From: an uncultured Prevotellaceae bacterium
GTDB taxonomy: Bacteria > Bacteroidota > Bacteroidia > Bacteroidales > Bacteroidaceae
Length of the DNA: 64,000 nt
Direction: 5' to 3'
Assembly: GCA_900320435.1 (NCBI GenBank)
Contig: ONSH01000007.1
Coordinates: forward strand, 5,232 to 69,231
Part shown: in pieces, positions 18,891 to 27,328 of the stretch
Layout: each line of letters opens with the position of its first letter
Numbering within the stretch: the first letter of the stretch is position 1
Notes under the pieces: generated by a model
Seen by the model: only the letters and a program-made list of their open reading frames with translations
Told to the model about the DNA's origin: nothing
Database searches by the model: none
Made by a program: the position numbers and the translations under genes

Positions 18891-21242
18891 TTACTGTCTT
18901 CCGGAGCGCTCCACCATATCCTTCACCTTGCGGTTGAAGTCGTCCGCCTTCTGCAGCTGCTCAATGGAGAGATGCATGCGGTAGCGCCAATAGTGACGGG
19001 CCACGGCGGGGATGTTGATGCGCTCGCCGTTGGGATCTGCGAGGCGCAGCGTCTCGTCCATTGCCAGCCAGTCCTGCAGCGAGATCAGACAGAGCATCGA
19101 GGGGCAGAACAGATGGCGCGAGACGATTTCCTCCGCCAGCCATCCTTCCATCGTCTGCGGCGCGCGACCGTCTTTGTGCAGCGCCTCGTTCCAGTAGGCC
19201 TGACTCCTTTCGGGGTCTTCTTCCCACCACTGACGCAGCGTAGGCATGTCGTGCGTGAAGATGGTGGCTACGGAGCGGTAAGGATTCTCTTCCAGACGTC
19301 CGAAACGCACGCCGAGCGCCTTGGGCATCGCCTGTATCTCGAGCGAGAGCATGCGCAGACGGTCCATCACAGGACCGACGCACTCGGGCACCATACCCAG
19401 GTCTTCGGCGCACACCAGCATCTGCGTGGCTTCCAGGAGCGCTGGCAGCTTTTTCATGGCCTCCGCTCCCCAGAAGTCATTATGCCTGTGGTAGAAGTAT
19501 TGCTCGTGCAGCCGGTCGAAGGCCTGCCGCTCCTGCGGGGGCAACTGCTGGTAGTTGGGATCGTCCTTCACCGAGATGCGGGGATGATAGAGGCCCTTTT
19601 GGCGGTAGTCTTCCACGAAGAGCTGAGGATGGAACGCCATGCCGTAGCTCTCGATTTCCTCCACCGTCATGGGCAGCGCCGGCACGAATTGTCCCAGCAG
19701 CGCCGTCGGACAGTTGACGGGCACCTGCCAGATGCGGAAGAAGCCCAGCACGTGGTCTATTCTGTAGGCGTCGAAGTATTCGGCCATCTTCTTGAAGCGC
19801 CTGATCCACCAGCGATAGCCCGTCTGATGCATGGCCTCCCAGTTGTAGGTGGGGAAGCCCCAGTTCTGACCGTCTTTGGAGAAGTCGTCGGGCGGCGCGC
19901 CGGCCGAACCCTCGAGGTTGAACAGCTCGGGCTGCGACCAGGCCTCCACGCTCGTGCGTGAGATGCCGATGGGGATGTCGCCCTTGAGGATGACGCCCTG
20001 ACGGCGGGCGTAGCGCGAAGCCTGCGAGAGCTGCTGGTCCAGCAGGTACTGCACCCAGACGTAGTAGTTCACCTCTTTCTTGTTGGCCTCGAAGTAGCGG
20101 TAGACTTTCTTCTCATCATACTCGGCGAGCTCTTTCCAGTCGCGGTAGCACGAGGTGCCGTCGGCGTCTCTTCTGTGGCAGAACACGGCGTAAGGGATGA
20201 GCCAGTCCTCGTTGGCTTTGAAGAAGTTCTGATAGGCAGCGCTCAGCATCACCGCTTCGCCTTCCTGCTCGTAGAGTCGGCGGAGGTATTCGCTCTTGAG
20301 GCGCTCCACGCCTTCGTAGTCCTCTTGCGGCAGATTGTTGAGGCGCACGCGTTCGCGCTCGTAGCGCGTCATGTATTCTCCGTCGAGCACGGCGGGCAGG
20401 GGCAACACCTGGATGCAGCGCAGCCCGGCCTTTGCGGCCCAGTCCACCATGCGTTTGAGGTCGCCGAAGTCGCCCACGCCCTGACTCTTTTCGCTGCGCA
20501 GCGAGAAGACGGGAATCACCACGCCGGCGGCCTTCCAGTGCTCCTCGCGGATGCGTATGCGACGGTCCCACACCACGAGGATGTCGCCTGTCTTTTCACG
20601 GATGTCGTAACTTCTGTTTTCACCTTCTTCCCACGAGATCACCTCGCCGCTCTTCTCGTCCACGATGACGTATTTGTATTCGAAGTGCGAGGCCAGATAT
20701 TCTGCATTGAGGCTGATGATCCATTCGTGCGCGCCCGCCCGGCTCATGGCCAGAGGCCTTTCGGGCATCCAGGCGCCCAGTGAGGGCAGACTGCCAAGCA
20801 GGCCCAGACTCTGGTGCTCCTTGAGCTGCGGCGCCTGCACGCGGAAGACGAGCGTGCGGGGGAAGTACACGAGGTCGGCTTTCTGCGCCTGCGTGTGCGT
20901 GATACAATTGAGGTAGGCCGACGAGTAGAGGTGCTGCAGAGGCGGGATGTCCTTCCAGTAGTCGCTCAAGACGAAGTTGCGGTCGGCTGCCGGGAAGTCG
21001 CGCGGCACGCCGTCCCACTCCTGCCTGAAGACCAGATCGCCTTCATAGACGGCGTAGCGGTAGGTGAAGCGCTCGATGTCCTTTTCGGTGACGAGGGCTT
21101 CGCCCGTCCAGTTGAGTCCGTCGTCGGTGTGCAGGGGGTATACGCGACGCACGTCGGCGCCCCGTTTGCGCTTGAGCGTCACCTCCGCACGAAGATCCTG
21201 ACCCCAATCAGTGCGGTATTCAAGTGAAAAAACAAGTTTCAT
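18891..21242 (-). CDS. malQ: 4-alpha-glucanotransferase (GH77) with an N-terminal starch-binding-like domain
   Basis: 783 aa with GH77 motifs (YRIDHVLGFFRIW, VCAEDLGMVP). Confidence 0.85.
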   Translation of the reverse strand: MKLVFSLEYRTDWGQDLRAEVTLKRKRGADVRRVYPLHTDDGLNWTGEALVTEKDIERFTYRYAVYEGDLVFRQEWDGVPRDFPAADRNFVLSDYWKDIPPLQHLYSSAYLNCITHTQAQKADLVYFPRTLVFRVQAPQLKEHQSLGLLGSLPSLGAWMPERPLAMSRAGAHEWIISLNAEYLASHFEYKYVIVDEKSGEVISWEEGENRSYDIREKTGDILVVWDRRIRIREEHWKAAGVVIPVFSLRSEKSQGVGDFGDLKRMVDWAAKAGLRCIQVLPLPAVLDGEYMTRYERERVRLNNLPQEDYEGVERLKSEYLRRLYEQEGEAVMLSAAYQNFFKANEDWLIPYAVFCHRRDADGTSCYRDWKELAEYDEKKVYRYFEANKKEVNYYVWVQYLLDQQLSQASRYARRQGVILKGDIPIGISRTSVEAWSQPELFNLEGSAGAPPDDFSKDGQNWGFPTYNWEAMHQTGYRWWIRRFKKMAEYFDAYRIDHVLGFFRIWQVPVNCPTALLGQFVPALPMTVEEIESYGMAFHPQLFVEDYRQKGLYHPRISVKDDPNYQQLPPQERQAFDRLHEQYFYHRHNDFWGAEAMKKLPALLEATQMLVCAEDLGMVPECVGPVMDRLRMLSLEIQAMPKALGVRFGRLEENPYRSVATIFTHDMPTLRQWWEEDPERSQAYWNEALHKDGRAPQTMEGWLAEEIVSRHLFCPSMLCLISLQDWLAMDETLRLADPNGERINIPAVARHYWRYRMHLSIEQLQKADDFNRKVKDMVERSGRQ

Positions 21243-21270
21243 GCTGTGTGATTAAGACACCATTTGAGTA

Positions 21271-21278
21271 CAAAGTTA
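21271..21278 (-). promoter_or_regulatory. -7 box TAACTTTG for malQ
   Basis: Reverse complement of caaagtta, 29 nt upstream of the malQ ATG. Confidence 0.45.
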
Positions 21279-21348
21279 TAAAAAAAAATTGAAAAACGCC
21301 CTTATTTTGAAAAAAATCTCACCGCAAAGCAAAAAATACCCTTTTTCC

Positions 21349-21380
21349 TTTGCTTTGACTCTTCTTTTTCCCTACCTTTG
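21349..21380 (+). promoter_or_regulatory. TTTG-N20-TACCTTTG promoter on the plus strand with no CDS downstream
   Basis: -33 TTTG at 21349-21352 and -7 box at 21373-21380, with consensus-like spacing. Confidence 0.5.
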
Positions 21381-21385
21381 CACAT

Positions 21386-21555
21386 GAGCCGCGCGGGTTT
21401 GATCGGGATTCTCATCAATTAATTTACTGAAACGAGACCAGTTTTGCTTTTCGATGGCGTGCCGCCACTCTCCGGAGCGCAGCGGATTACAAAGAAGGCA
21501 AACCCTCAAATCCTATCTAGTCGGAGTTTCATCACATCATCCGCGCGGCTCTTTT
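21386..21555 (+). ncRNA. Candidate structured small RNA of about 170 nt (rod-like, possibly 6S-like), unassigned
   Basis: It starts about 6 nt after the -7 box. GAGCCGCGCGG (21386-21396) pairs perfectly with CCGCGCGGCTC (21541-21551), followed by TTTT. Further internal helices are possible. Confidence 0.4.
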
Positions 21556-23081
21556 CAATTTTTCTTTTGCGAATAACGTTTGATGAGGTTGTAGGCCTGA
21601 TAGAGCCCCAGCTCTCCGGCCTTCGACAGATCGGCCAGCCCTTCCTCTATGCGGTCCTGCAGCAGATAAATGATGCCCCTGTTGTAGTACGACTCGCGGT
21701 GGCGGTCGTCCATCTTGATGGCTTCGGTGTAGGAGTCGATGGCAGTGACGTAGTCGCCCAGGATGTAGTAGTGCTCGCCCTGATCGAAGAGCATGTCGGC
21801 CTCCGTCGGCGTGTCGGTCCGGGGGCGCTTCACCAGCGTGAGCTCCGTGTGCCGGTTTTGCACCTTGCCGCGCGCCAGGTCGGCGTATTGCGGAGCTTCC
21901 TCTTCCGAGATCAGGCGGGCGTGATCCTCCAGCTGGCGCTGGTCTTTCTTCACCGTGTGACGTGTGGTGTCGCGCTTGAGCTTGCCCTGCGAGGCGTCCA
22001 TGCGGGCTTTCAGCACTTTGAATTCGTCGCGTTCGGCGCCGGCGATGTCGCCGATCTTGCGCTTGATGGCGGCGCGCTGCATGTATCCGGCCCAGAACTG
22101 GGGGTATTCCCTGATGACGGCCGAGAGGTCGCGTATGGCGCCCTGATAGTCGCCCGTGTTGTCCAGCAGCAGCGAGCGGTTGTAGAGGGCGATGATGTCG
22201 GTCGGGTCGAGACGCAAGACGAAGTTGAAGTCCTCCACCGCCTTGTTGTCCTCACCCACCTGGGCGCGCAGCAGACCTCGGTTGTAGTGCGAGGCGTAGC
22301 TCAGCGAGTCCAGCTCGATGGCCTGATCGTAGTCGGCCATAGCGCCGCGCAGATTATTCTGGTTGTAGCGGGCGATGGCGCGTCCGCTGTAGAGGTTGCT
22401 CTCGCGGGGGCGCTGCACCAGCGCTTTGGTGAACACCTGCTCGGCCTGAGCGCTGGAGTCGCGGTGGAGCAGTATGGAGGCTTTCAGGCTGAGGGCCACA
22501 CCGTTGTATTCGTCCTGCTCCAGCGCCTTGTCGGTCCACTCTTCGGCCTTCACGGTGTCCTCCTTGCACAGACTCACCTGGGCCTTCATCGACATCTGCT
22601 GCGGGTCGCGCGGCCAGAGCGTCAGCATCGTGTCGAGCGTGGCGTCGGCCTCGTCGTAGCGCTTGGTGTTGAGCAGCGAGGCGGCCAGGTTGTACCAGCA
22701 GTTGCGGTCCACGCGGTTCTGGCGGATGGCCGAGCGGTAGTCCGTGATGGCCTCGTCGAAGCGGTCCTGGTTGCAGCGGCAGAGGGCGCGCAGATAGTAG
22801 TAGTCGAATTTGTAGGCGTTGCGCTCGATGGCCTGCGAGCAGTCCATCTCGGCGCCTTTGTAGTCCTCCAGATAGAATTTCGCCAGCCCTCGATAGAAGT
22901 AGGGCTCGGGCAGCCAGTTCTTCATCCCGATGACCAGGTTGAAGCGCTGTATGGCCAGCACGTAGTCCTCATAGTAGATGGCGGTCCGCCCCATCTGTAT
23001 GACGCGGTCCGTGTTGATTTGTGCCCTCAGGGCGGAGGCCATAGTCACAATCAGCAGCACTATGAGCCCGAGGCGCTTCAC
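21555..23081 (-). CDS. TPR-repeat protein with N-terminal signal/anchor
   Basis: Many TPR-like YY/A repeats. Start placed at GTG 23081 (VKRLGLIVLLIVTMASALRAQ), which overlaps the def stop in GTGA. The track ORF extends spuriously to 23345. Confidence 0.75.
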   Translation of the reverse strand: MKRLGLIVLLIVTMASALRAQINTDRVIQMGRTAIYYEDYVLAIQRFNLVIGMKNWLPEPYFYRGLAKFYLEDYKGAEMDCSQAIERNAYKFDYYYLRALCRCNQDRFDEAITDYRSAIRQNRVDRNCWYNLAASLLNTKRYDEADATLDTMLTLWPRDPQQMSMKAQVSLCKEDTVKAEEWTDKALEQDEYNGVALSLKASILLHRDSSAQAEQVFTKALVQRPRESNLYSGRAIARYNQNNLRGAMADYDQAIELDSLSYASHYNRGLLRAQVGEDNKAVEDFNFVLRLDPTDIIALYNRSLLLDNTGDYQGAIRDLSAVIREYPQFWAGYMQRAAIKRKIGDIAGAERDEFKVLKARMDASQGKLKRDTTRHTVKKDQRQLEDHARLISEEEAPQYADLARGKVQNRHTELTLVKRPRTDTPTEADMLFDQGEHYYILGDYVTAIDSYTEAIKMDDRHRESYYNRGIIYLLQDRIEEGLADLSKAGELGLYQAYNLIKRYSQKKN

Positions 23082-23638
23082 TTGTGGGGAGCTTTGACTT
23101 TGTAGCTGCACGAGAATTTGCCCTTCTGCAGGCCCTGCAGCTTGGGCATGAGCAGCTGGCGGCGCAGACCTTTCACGCGGTCGGTGTAGAGCACGCCGTC
23201 CAGATGGTCGAACTCGTGCTGCATCACGCGGGCCAGATAGCCCGTCACCCACTCTTCGTGCTCCGCGAAGTTCTCGTCCTGCCAGCTCACGCGGATGCGT
23301 GTGGGGCGCGTCACCTTCTCGTGGAGTCCGGGCAGCGAGAGACAACCCTCGTCCGAGGTGTCTTTCTCCGTCTCGTCATACTCCTCGATGTAGGGGTTGA
23401 TGTAGACCTGTTTGAAATCAGTGTATTCGGGGTAGTCGTCGGCCAGAGGTCTGAGGTCGATGACGGCCAGACGCAGCGCCTGCCCCACCTGGGGCGCCGC
23501 CAGCCCGATGCCTTCGCTCTTGGCCAGCGTCTCCCACATGTCGGCGATAAGCTGTTCAAGCCCGGGGTGTCCGGGCTCTATTTCTTCGCATTCGCGGCGC
23601 AGCACGCCTTGTCCGTAAGTGTAGATTGGAAGTATCAT
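23078..23638 (-). CDS. def: Peptide deformylase
   Basis: Motifs EGCLSLPG and HEFDHLDG. Start at ATG 23638 (MILPIYTYG), which overlaps the ruvX stop in ATGA. Confidence 0.92.
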   Translation of the reverse strand: MILPIYTYGQGVLRRECEEIEPGHPGLEQLIADMWETLAKSEGIGLAAPQVGQALRLAVIDLRPLADDYPEYTDFKQVYINPYIEEYDETEKDTSDEGCLSLPGLHEKVTRPTRIRVSWQDENFAEHEEWVTGYLARVMQHEFDHLDGVLYTDRVKGLRRQLLMPKLQGLQKGKFSCSYKVKAPHK

Positions 23639-24048
23639 CCCTTGCTTTCCATATAACTTTGTAAGATGATGGTGGCGGCGATGCGGTCGACCAGCGCTTT
23701 GTCCCGTCGGGCTTTGCGCGAGATGCCGCTCTCGATCATCGTCTGATGCGCCATCACCGAGGTGTAGCGCTCGTCCCACCAGACGACGGGCACCCCGGGG
23801 AAGGTCTGCTCCAACTGACTGACAAAGGTCCGGACGCGAGGAAGATTCTCGCTGTCCAGACCGTTGGTTTGTTTCGGCAGCCCCACCACGAACTGCTCCA
23901 CGTCTTCCCGCCTGAGGTAGTCTTTGAGCCAGTCCATCAGTCGGGCGGTGTCTACGGTGTCAAGCGCTCCGGCGATGATTTTCAGCGGATCGCTGACGGC
24001 CAGTCCGGTGCGCTTCTTGCCGTAGTCGATGGCCAGTATGCGTCCCAA
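23635..24048 (-). CDS. ruvX: Holliday-junction resolvase-like RuvX/YqgF
   Basis: ILAIDYGKKRTGLAVSD N-terminal signature; 137 aa. Confidence 0.9.
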   Translation of the reverse strand: MGRILAIDYGKKRTGLAVSDPLKIIAGALDTVDTARLMDWLKDYLRREDVEQFVVGLPKQTNGLDSENLPRVRTFVSQLEQTFPGVPVVWWDERYTSVMAHQTMIESGISRKARRDKALVDRIAATIILQSYMESKG

Positions 24049-24534
24049 TTACTTCTGGTAGAGCAGCCAAGCCTCAGCGAAGTCGCTGCGCAGATTCTTC
24101 ACGACGTCGCGGGTGCGTGCGGCCTCAGCCTTGCTGTCGCTGGTGAAAGCCACCACTCTGTAGAGACCTCTCTCCTGGTTCATCACGATCTGGGGCTGAT
24201 AGCCCTTCGCGGCGATGAAGTCGCAGGTGCGGTCGGCATTGGCCTTGATGCTGTAGGCGCCAATCACCACGCTGTAGCTCTTCAGGGGGTTGCCGGTCAC
24301 CACGGTGACATTCTCCGTACGCACGGCCACGTTGCTGTAGTCGGTGTTGTCCACGGGCGTCACGCTCACGTTCTGGGTGGTCTGCACGGGCGTCACCTGA
24401 GTAGCTGCGGGCTGCTCGGTCTGCTGGGCTTTAGCCTTCTCGTAGGCCTTCTTGTAAGCACTCTCGCTGCTCTTACAGCTGGTCATGGCAAACACGGTTG
24501 CGAGGGCTGCGCCCATCATCACTTTCTTGTTCAT
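24049..24534 (-). CDS. SPOR-domain lipoprotein
   Basis: Signal peptide plus Cys (AMTSCKS) and a C-terminal SPOR-like repeat (YSVVIGAYS...GLYRVVAFTS). Confidence 0.65.
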   Translation of the reverse strand: MNKKVMMGAALATVFAMTSCKSSESAYKKAYEKAKAQQTEQPAATQVTPVQTTQNVSVTPVDNTDYSNVAVRTENVTVVTGNPLKSYSVVIGAYSIKANADRTCDFIAAKGYQPQIVMNQERGLYRVVAFTSDSKAEAARTRDVVKNLRSDFAEAWLLYQK

Positions 24535-24589
24535 TGCTTTTTTGCGTTTATTGAGGGTTATTTTTACGTTTTTTTCGCGATTTCACCCG

Positions 24590-24597
24590 CAAAGGTA
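24590..24597 (-). promoter_or_regulatory. -7 box TACCTTTG for the SPOR-ruvX-def operon
   Basis: Reverse complement of caaaggta, 56 nt upstream of the start at 24534. Confidence 0.4.
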
Positions 24598-24661
24598 CAA
24601 AAAAAAGCGCATTCTTGTGCATTTTTTTACCCGATATTAGGATACATTAAGAAAAAAACTA

Positions 24662-24669
24662 TATATTTG
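24662..24669 (+). promoter_or_regulatory. -7 box TATATTTG for the ytxH-like gene
   Basis: Exact TAnnTTTG about 67 nt upstream of ATG 24736. Confidence 0.4.
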
Positions 24670-24735
24670 CACGAGAATTAAGTGAATTTTAAGCTTTGAA
24701 ACCAACCTTGTATTAACCTTTAATATTAAAGAACG

Positions 24736-24942
24736 ATGAAAGCACTGAATTTCCTTTTCGCATTTATCACCGGTGCAGCCGTTGGTGCTGCCTGTGGCAT
24801 TCTGATGGCGCCTGAGAAGGGCTCCGAGACCCGCGAGAAGATCGCCGAGGCTCTCAAGAAGCGCGGCATCCGTCTGGGTCGCAAGGAGATGGACGAATTG
24901 GTGAAGGACATCGCCGAGGAGTTGGAACCTGAAGCCGAATAA
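24736..24942 (+). CDS. YtxH-domain small membrane-anchored protein
   Basis: 68 aa. An N-terminal helix followed by APEKGSETREKI is typical of YtxH. Confidence 0.65.
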   Translation: MKALNFLFAFITGAAVGAACGILMAPEKGSETREKIAEALKKRGIRLGRKEMDELVKDIAEELEPEAE

Positions 24943-24943
24943 G

Positions 24944-25486
24944 GTGGACGAACAGCAAAGTTTTTTCGTGCAGCTCAAGGAGTATTTTGAGTTGCAGAAG
25001 CGCAGCATTGCCGTGACGACGGCAGAGGGGCTCTCGAGGCTCCTCTCCGCCGTCATCGTGGCTTTCGTGCTCATCATGCTGGGCAGCATAGTGCTGCTTC
25101 TTCTGGCCTTTGCCGTAGCCCATTGTCTGGGCGAGCTCACGGGCAGCCCCTCTCTGGGCTTCCTCATCCTCTTTGCGGTGCTGTTACTGCTGTTCATCGT
25201 GGTGTGGGCCAAGCGCGGCGCCTGGATCAAGCAGCCCGTGAGCGCCATCACCGACGACGTCTTCGGCGTTGCCGGCCTGGACAAGGCTCAGGTGCACGAG
25301 GAGGCCGCCAAGAGTCAGCAGCAGCTCAACGAGAGCTTCTCTGCCGCCATCGCTCCCCTGCCGAAGGCCAAGAACCGCATCGAGCAGTTCTCGCAGCTGG
25401 TGTCCAAGGGCACGATGATCTTCGAGGGTGTGATGTTCGGCCTAAAGCTGGTGCGCGGCTTCCGCAGCGCGTTCAGGAAGCATTGA
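24944..25486 (+). CDS. Two-TM membrane protein, phage-holin-family (Holin-X-like)
   Basis: GTG start 2 nt after the ytxH stop and two long hydrophobic helices. The YtxH/holin-X pairing is common in Bacteroidota. Confidence 0.5.
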   Translation: MDEQQSFFVQLKEYFELQKRSIAVTTAEGLSRLLSAVIVAFVLIMLGSIVLLLLAFAVAHCLGELTGSPSLGFLILFAVLLLLFIVVWAKRGAWIKQPVSAITDDVFGVAGLDKAQVHEEAAKSQQQLNESFSAAIAPLPKAKNRIEQFSQLVSKGTMIFEGVMFGLKLVRGFRSAFRKH

Positions 25487-25518
25487 ATCCTGAATCTTGA
25501 ATCCTGAATCCTGAATCT
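25484..25518. repeat. Heptamer tandem repeat, 5 units (tgaatcc/tgaatct), starting at the stop codon of the holin-like gene
   Basis: Read directly: tgaatcc tgaatct tgaatcc tgaatcc tgaatct. Confidence 0.9.
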
Positions 25519-25532
25519 TAGTCGCTGCGCTC

Positions 25533-25856
25533 TCAGGCCAGCGACTTCAGTCCGATGATGGAGCCGATGAGCGTGGTCAGGAAGAAGAGTCGCCAGAATG
25601 TGGCGGGCTCTTCGAAGATGAATATGCCTACCAACACGGCACCGATGGCGCCGATGCCCGTCCACACGGGGTATGCTGTCCCCAGAGGCAGCGTCTGTGT
25701 GGCGCGTGCCAGCAGCACGGCGCTCAGCACGTAGAAGGCGGCGAAGCCTCCGATCCACATCCCCCACTCCGTCGCCGAGGCCTCTTTGGCTCTCCCCAGG
25801 CAATAGGTGAAAGCCACTTCGCACAGCCCCGCAAGAATCAACACTGTCCAGCTCAT
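25533..25856 (-). CDS. sugE: SMR-family efflux protein (SugE/Gdx-like)
   Basis: 107 aa from ATG 25856 (MSWTVLILAGLCEVAFTYCLG). It has four TM helices and the conserved TM1 Glu. Confidence 0.85.
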   Translation of the reverse strand: MSWTVLILAGLCEVAFTYCLGRAKEASATEWGMWIGGFAAFYVLSAVLLARATQTLPLGTAYPVWTGIGAIGAVLVGIFIFEEPATFWRLFFLTTLIGSIIGLKSLA

Positions 25857-25864
25857 TTTTTTTT

Positions 25865-25954
25865 TAGTCTGATTAATCTGAATGGTCTGAGTGATCTGAG
25901 TGGTCTGAATATTTTGAGTACTCCGATGACTCCGATAACTCAGATGACTCCGAT
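25865..25954. repeat. Degenerate nonamer tandem repeat, about 10 units, between sugE and the four-helix-bundle gene
   Basis: tagtctgat taatctgaa tggtctgag tgatctgag tggtctgaa ... gactccgat aactcagat gactccgat. It encodes the SDH/SSE tail of the upstream gene. Confidence 0.85.
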
Positions 25955-26598
25955 GACAGCCTCCTGACCGTCTCCTCCAGTTCCCTGACACGCTGGCGGA
26001 GGTTTGCATTCTCTCTCTTCAGGGCTGCGAATTGCTCGTCCTGCGCCTGGCGATAGCCGGTGCGCGCGGCGTGCATACGCTCTTTGATGCCGCCCTCCTT
26101 CACGAAACGCTCCTGCTGTGTCTCTATCAGGCGACCAAGCATGAAGATGGCCTGATGACAGAGCGTGATGCCCAGGTTGGCCATTTCCTCGTCGTTCATG
26201 TTGGCGGCAGCGTCGGCATATTGCTTGAAAAAATCTTCGCTGCGCGTCCATCGTCTCATGGCCGCCAGACGCGGATGATGCACGCCCCATTGCTGCAGCG
26301 AGCGTGTGCGGAGATAGTCTTCAAAGTCCGTCAGCAGCTCCTCAAGGCTGGCTTTGGCCACATTCGTCAGCTTGATTTCTATCTCCGACGAGGTGGCAGC
26401 CGCCTGATTGCCTTCTGCGATGTTCTGCTTACCGCTACGCGCGGCCTGCACCATTTGGTCTACAGTGCGATCGCCATAAGGCGGCAGGAAACGCTGGCAG
26501 AAGGTGAAGGTCAGATCGTAGAGCGATTCAGCCACGCGATACACCTGAAGATGGCGGTAGTGTCCGTGTTGTGGCAGAAAATGCAGCTCATCGCTCAT
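25873..26598 (-). CDS. Four-helix-bundle protein (23S rRNA-intervening-sequence protein family) with C-terminal extension
   Basis: N-terminal part (YRVAESLYDLTFTFCQRF...GKQNIAEG...SLEELLTDFEDYL) resembles the TIGR02436-type family. A coiled-coil suffix and a repeat-encoded tail SSESSELSESSEYSKYSDHSDHSDHSD follow. Confidence 0.65.
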   Translation of the reverse strand: MSDELHFLPQHGHYRHLQVYRVAESLYDLTFTFCQRFLPPYGDRTVDQMVQAARSGKQNIAEGNQAAATSSEIEIKLTNVAKASLEELLTDFEDYLRTRSLQQWGVHHPRLAAMRRWTRSEDFFKQYADAAANMNDEEMANLGITLCHQAIFMLGRLIETQQERFVKEGGIKERMHAARTGYRQAQDEQFAALKRENANLRQRVRELEETVRRLSSESSELSESSEYSKYSDHSDHSDHSD

Positions 26599-26623
26599 GG
26601 TAACGTTATTTTTAGAATTTCGT

Positions 26624-26693
26624 TTATCGGTTAGCGGTTATCGTGTATCGGTTACCATCATACATCAGCCATCATACATCATACATCATCCAT
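26624..26693. repeat. Heptamer-periodic tandem repeat, about 10 units (ttatcgg-type grading into catacat-type)
   Basis: ttatcgg ttagcgg ttatcgt gtatcgg ttaccat catacat cagccat catacat catacat catccat. Confidence 0.85.
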
Positions 26694-27082
26694 CATTTCC
26701 CGCTTTCAATCACGGGGATTGTCATTGGCGTTTCGGACTGCGTGTGATGGCTGCATGTGCCGACTATTCTCGGTTTTTTTATGGTGATGATCTGGTCGCA
26801 GTAGAATTTCTTGCCGATTACCATGACGGTGTTGCCGTCATACCATCCGCTTTCTTTGTTTGATATTTCGTTGGCCAATGCGGCGTTGTCGAGCACCAGA
26901 AACACTTTGACGGATGTTTCTTCCTTACCCTCGTAGCTCTCCGGCTGACTGAGGTATTGTATAGGGTCTGCACCGTTCGGGCTCGTCTCGTCTATTGCCG
27001 CCGTTTGTCGTATCGCGAACAATCCGGCGACTGTCAGCACGACGCCGGCCAGAAAACCGAGAAAGATAGATTTTGCGTTCAT
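26693..27082 (-). CDS. Hypothetical membrane-anchored protein
   Basis: ATG at 27082 (MNAKSIFLGFLAGVVLTVAGLFAI) follows a TATCTTTG box. No recognisable catalytic motif. Confidence 0.5.
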   Translation of the reverse strand: MNAKSIFLGFLAGVVLTVAGLFAIRQTAAIDETSPNGADPIQYLSQPESYEGKEETSVKVFLVLDNAALANEISNKESGWYDGNTVMVIGKKFYCDQIITIKKPRIVGTCSHHTQSETPMTIPVIESGK

Positions 27083-27103
27083 GGTATTTAGATTTTTCTG
27101 GTA

Positions 27104-27111
27104 CAAAGATA
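27104..27111 (-). promoter_or_regulatory. -7 box TATCTTTG for the 26693-27082 gene
   Basis: Reverse complement of caaagata, 22 nt upstream of ATG 27082. Confidence 0.45.
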
Positions 27112-27136
27112 CGAAATTTTGTTGAACTTTTACGCT

Positions 27137-27202
27137 CCAGTTAGAGAAATTTTGCGCGCCAGTTAGAGAACCGATTTTCCCTAGTTAGAGGCCACTTGGA
27201 AT
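27137..27202. repeat. Three direct repeats with exact 22-bp phasing (core CAGTTAGAG)
   Basis: ccagttagagaaattttgcgcg / ccagttagagaaccgattttcc / ctagttagaggccacttggaat. Confidence 0.85.
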
Positions 27203-27328
27203 TGTTTCTCCCCCTACTTTCGCTTCAAAACTCACCAAAACCGCCCTAAAACACGGCGAAAAACACCAAAATCTAATCCTTTGGGAACACTCTGACGACA
27301 GTCTGAGGAGCATCTAAGCAAATTTTCA

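Noticed and set aside
21384-21422. 12-codon ORF (MSRAGLIGILIN) at the start of the candidate sRNA
   Set aside because: It is too short and without supporting context to call as a CDS. It is mentioned only as an alternative to the ncRNA interpretation.
21444-23105. 553-aa plus-strand ORF opposite the TPR gene. Similar long antisense ORFs lie at 18777-19961, 35930-37000, 37060-38022, 38088-39449, 39064-40344, 44033-45565, 47227-48351 and 62351-63544.
   Set aside because: All lie exactly opposite well-supported genes and have Arg/Ala/Gly/His-rich, repeat-like translations. They are typical shadow ORFs of high-GC3 genes.
25857-25872. Guanidine (ykkC-type) riboswitch upstream of the SugE/Gdx-like gene
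   Set aside because: Only 16 nt separate sugE from the preceding gene. The region upstream is the 9-mer repeat and coding tail, and no ykkC, mini-ykkC or ykkC-III consensus is visible.
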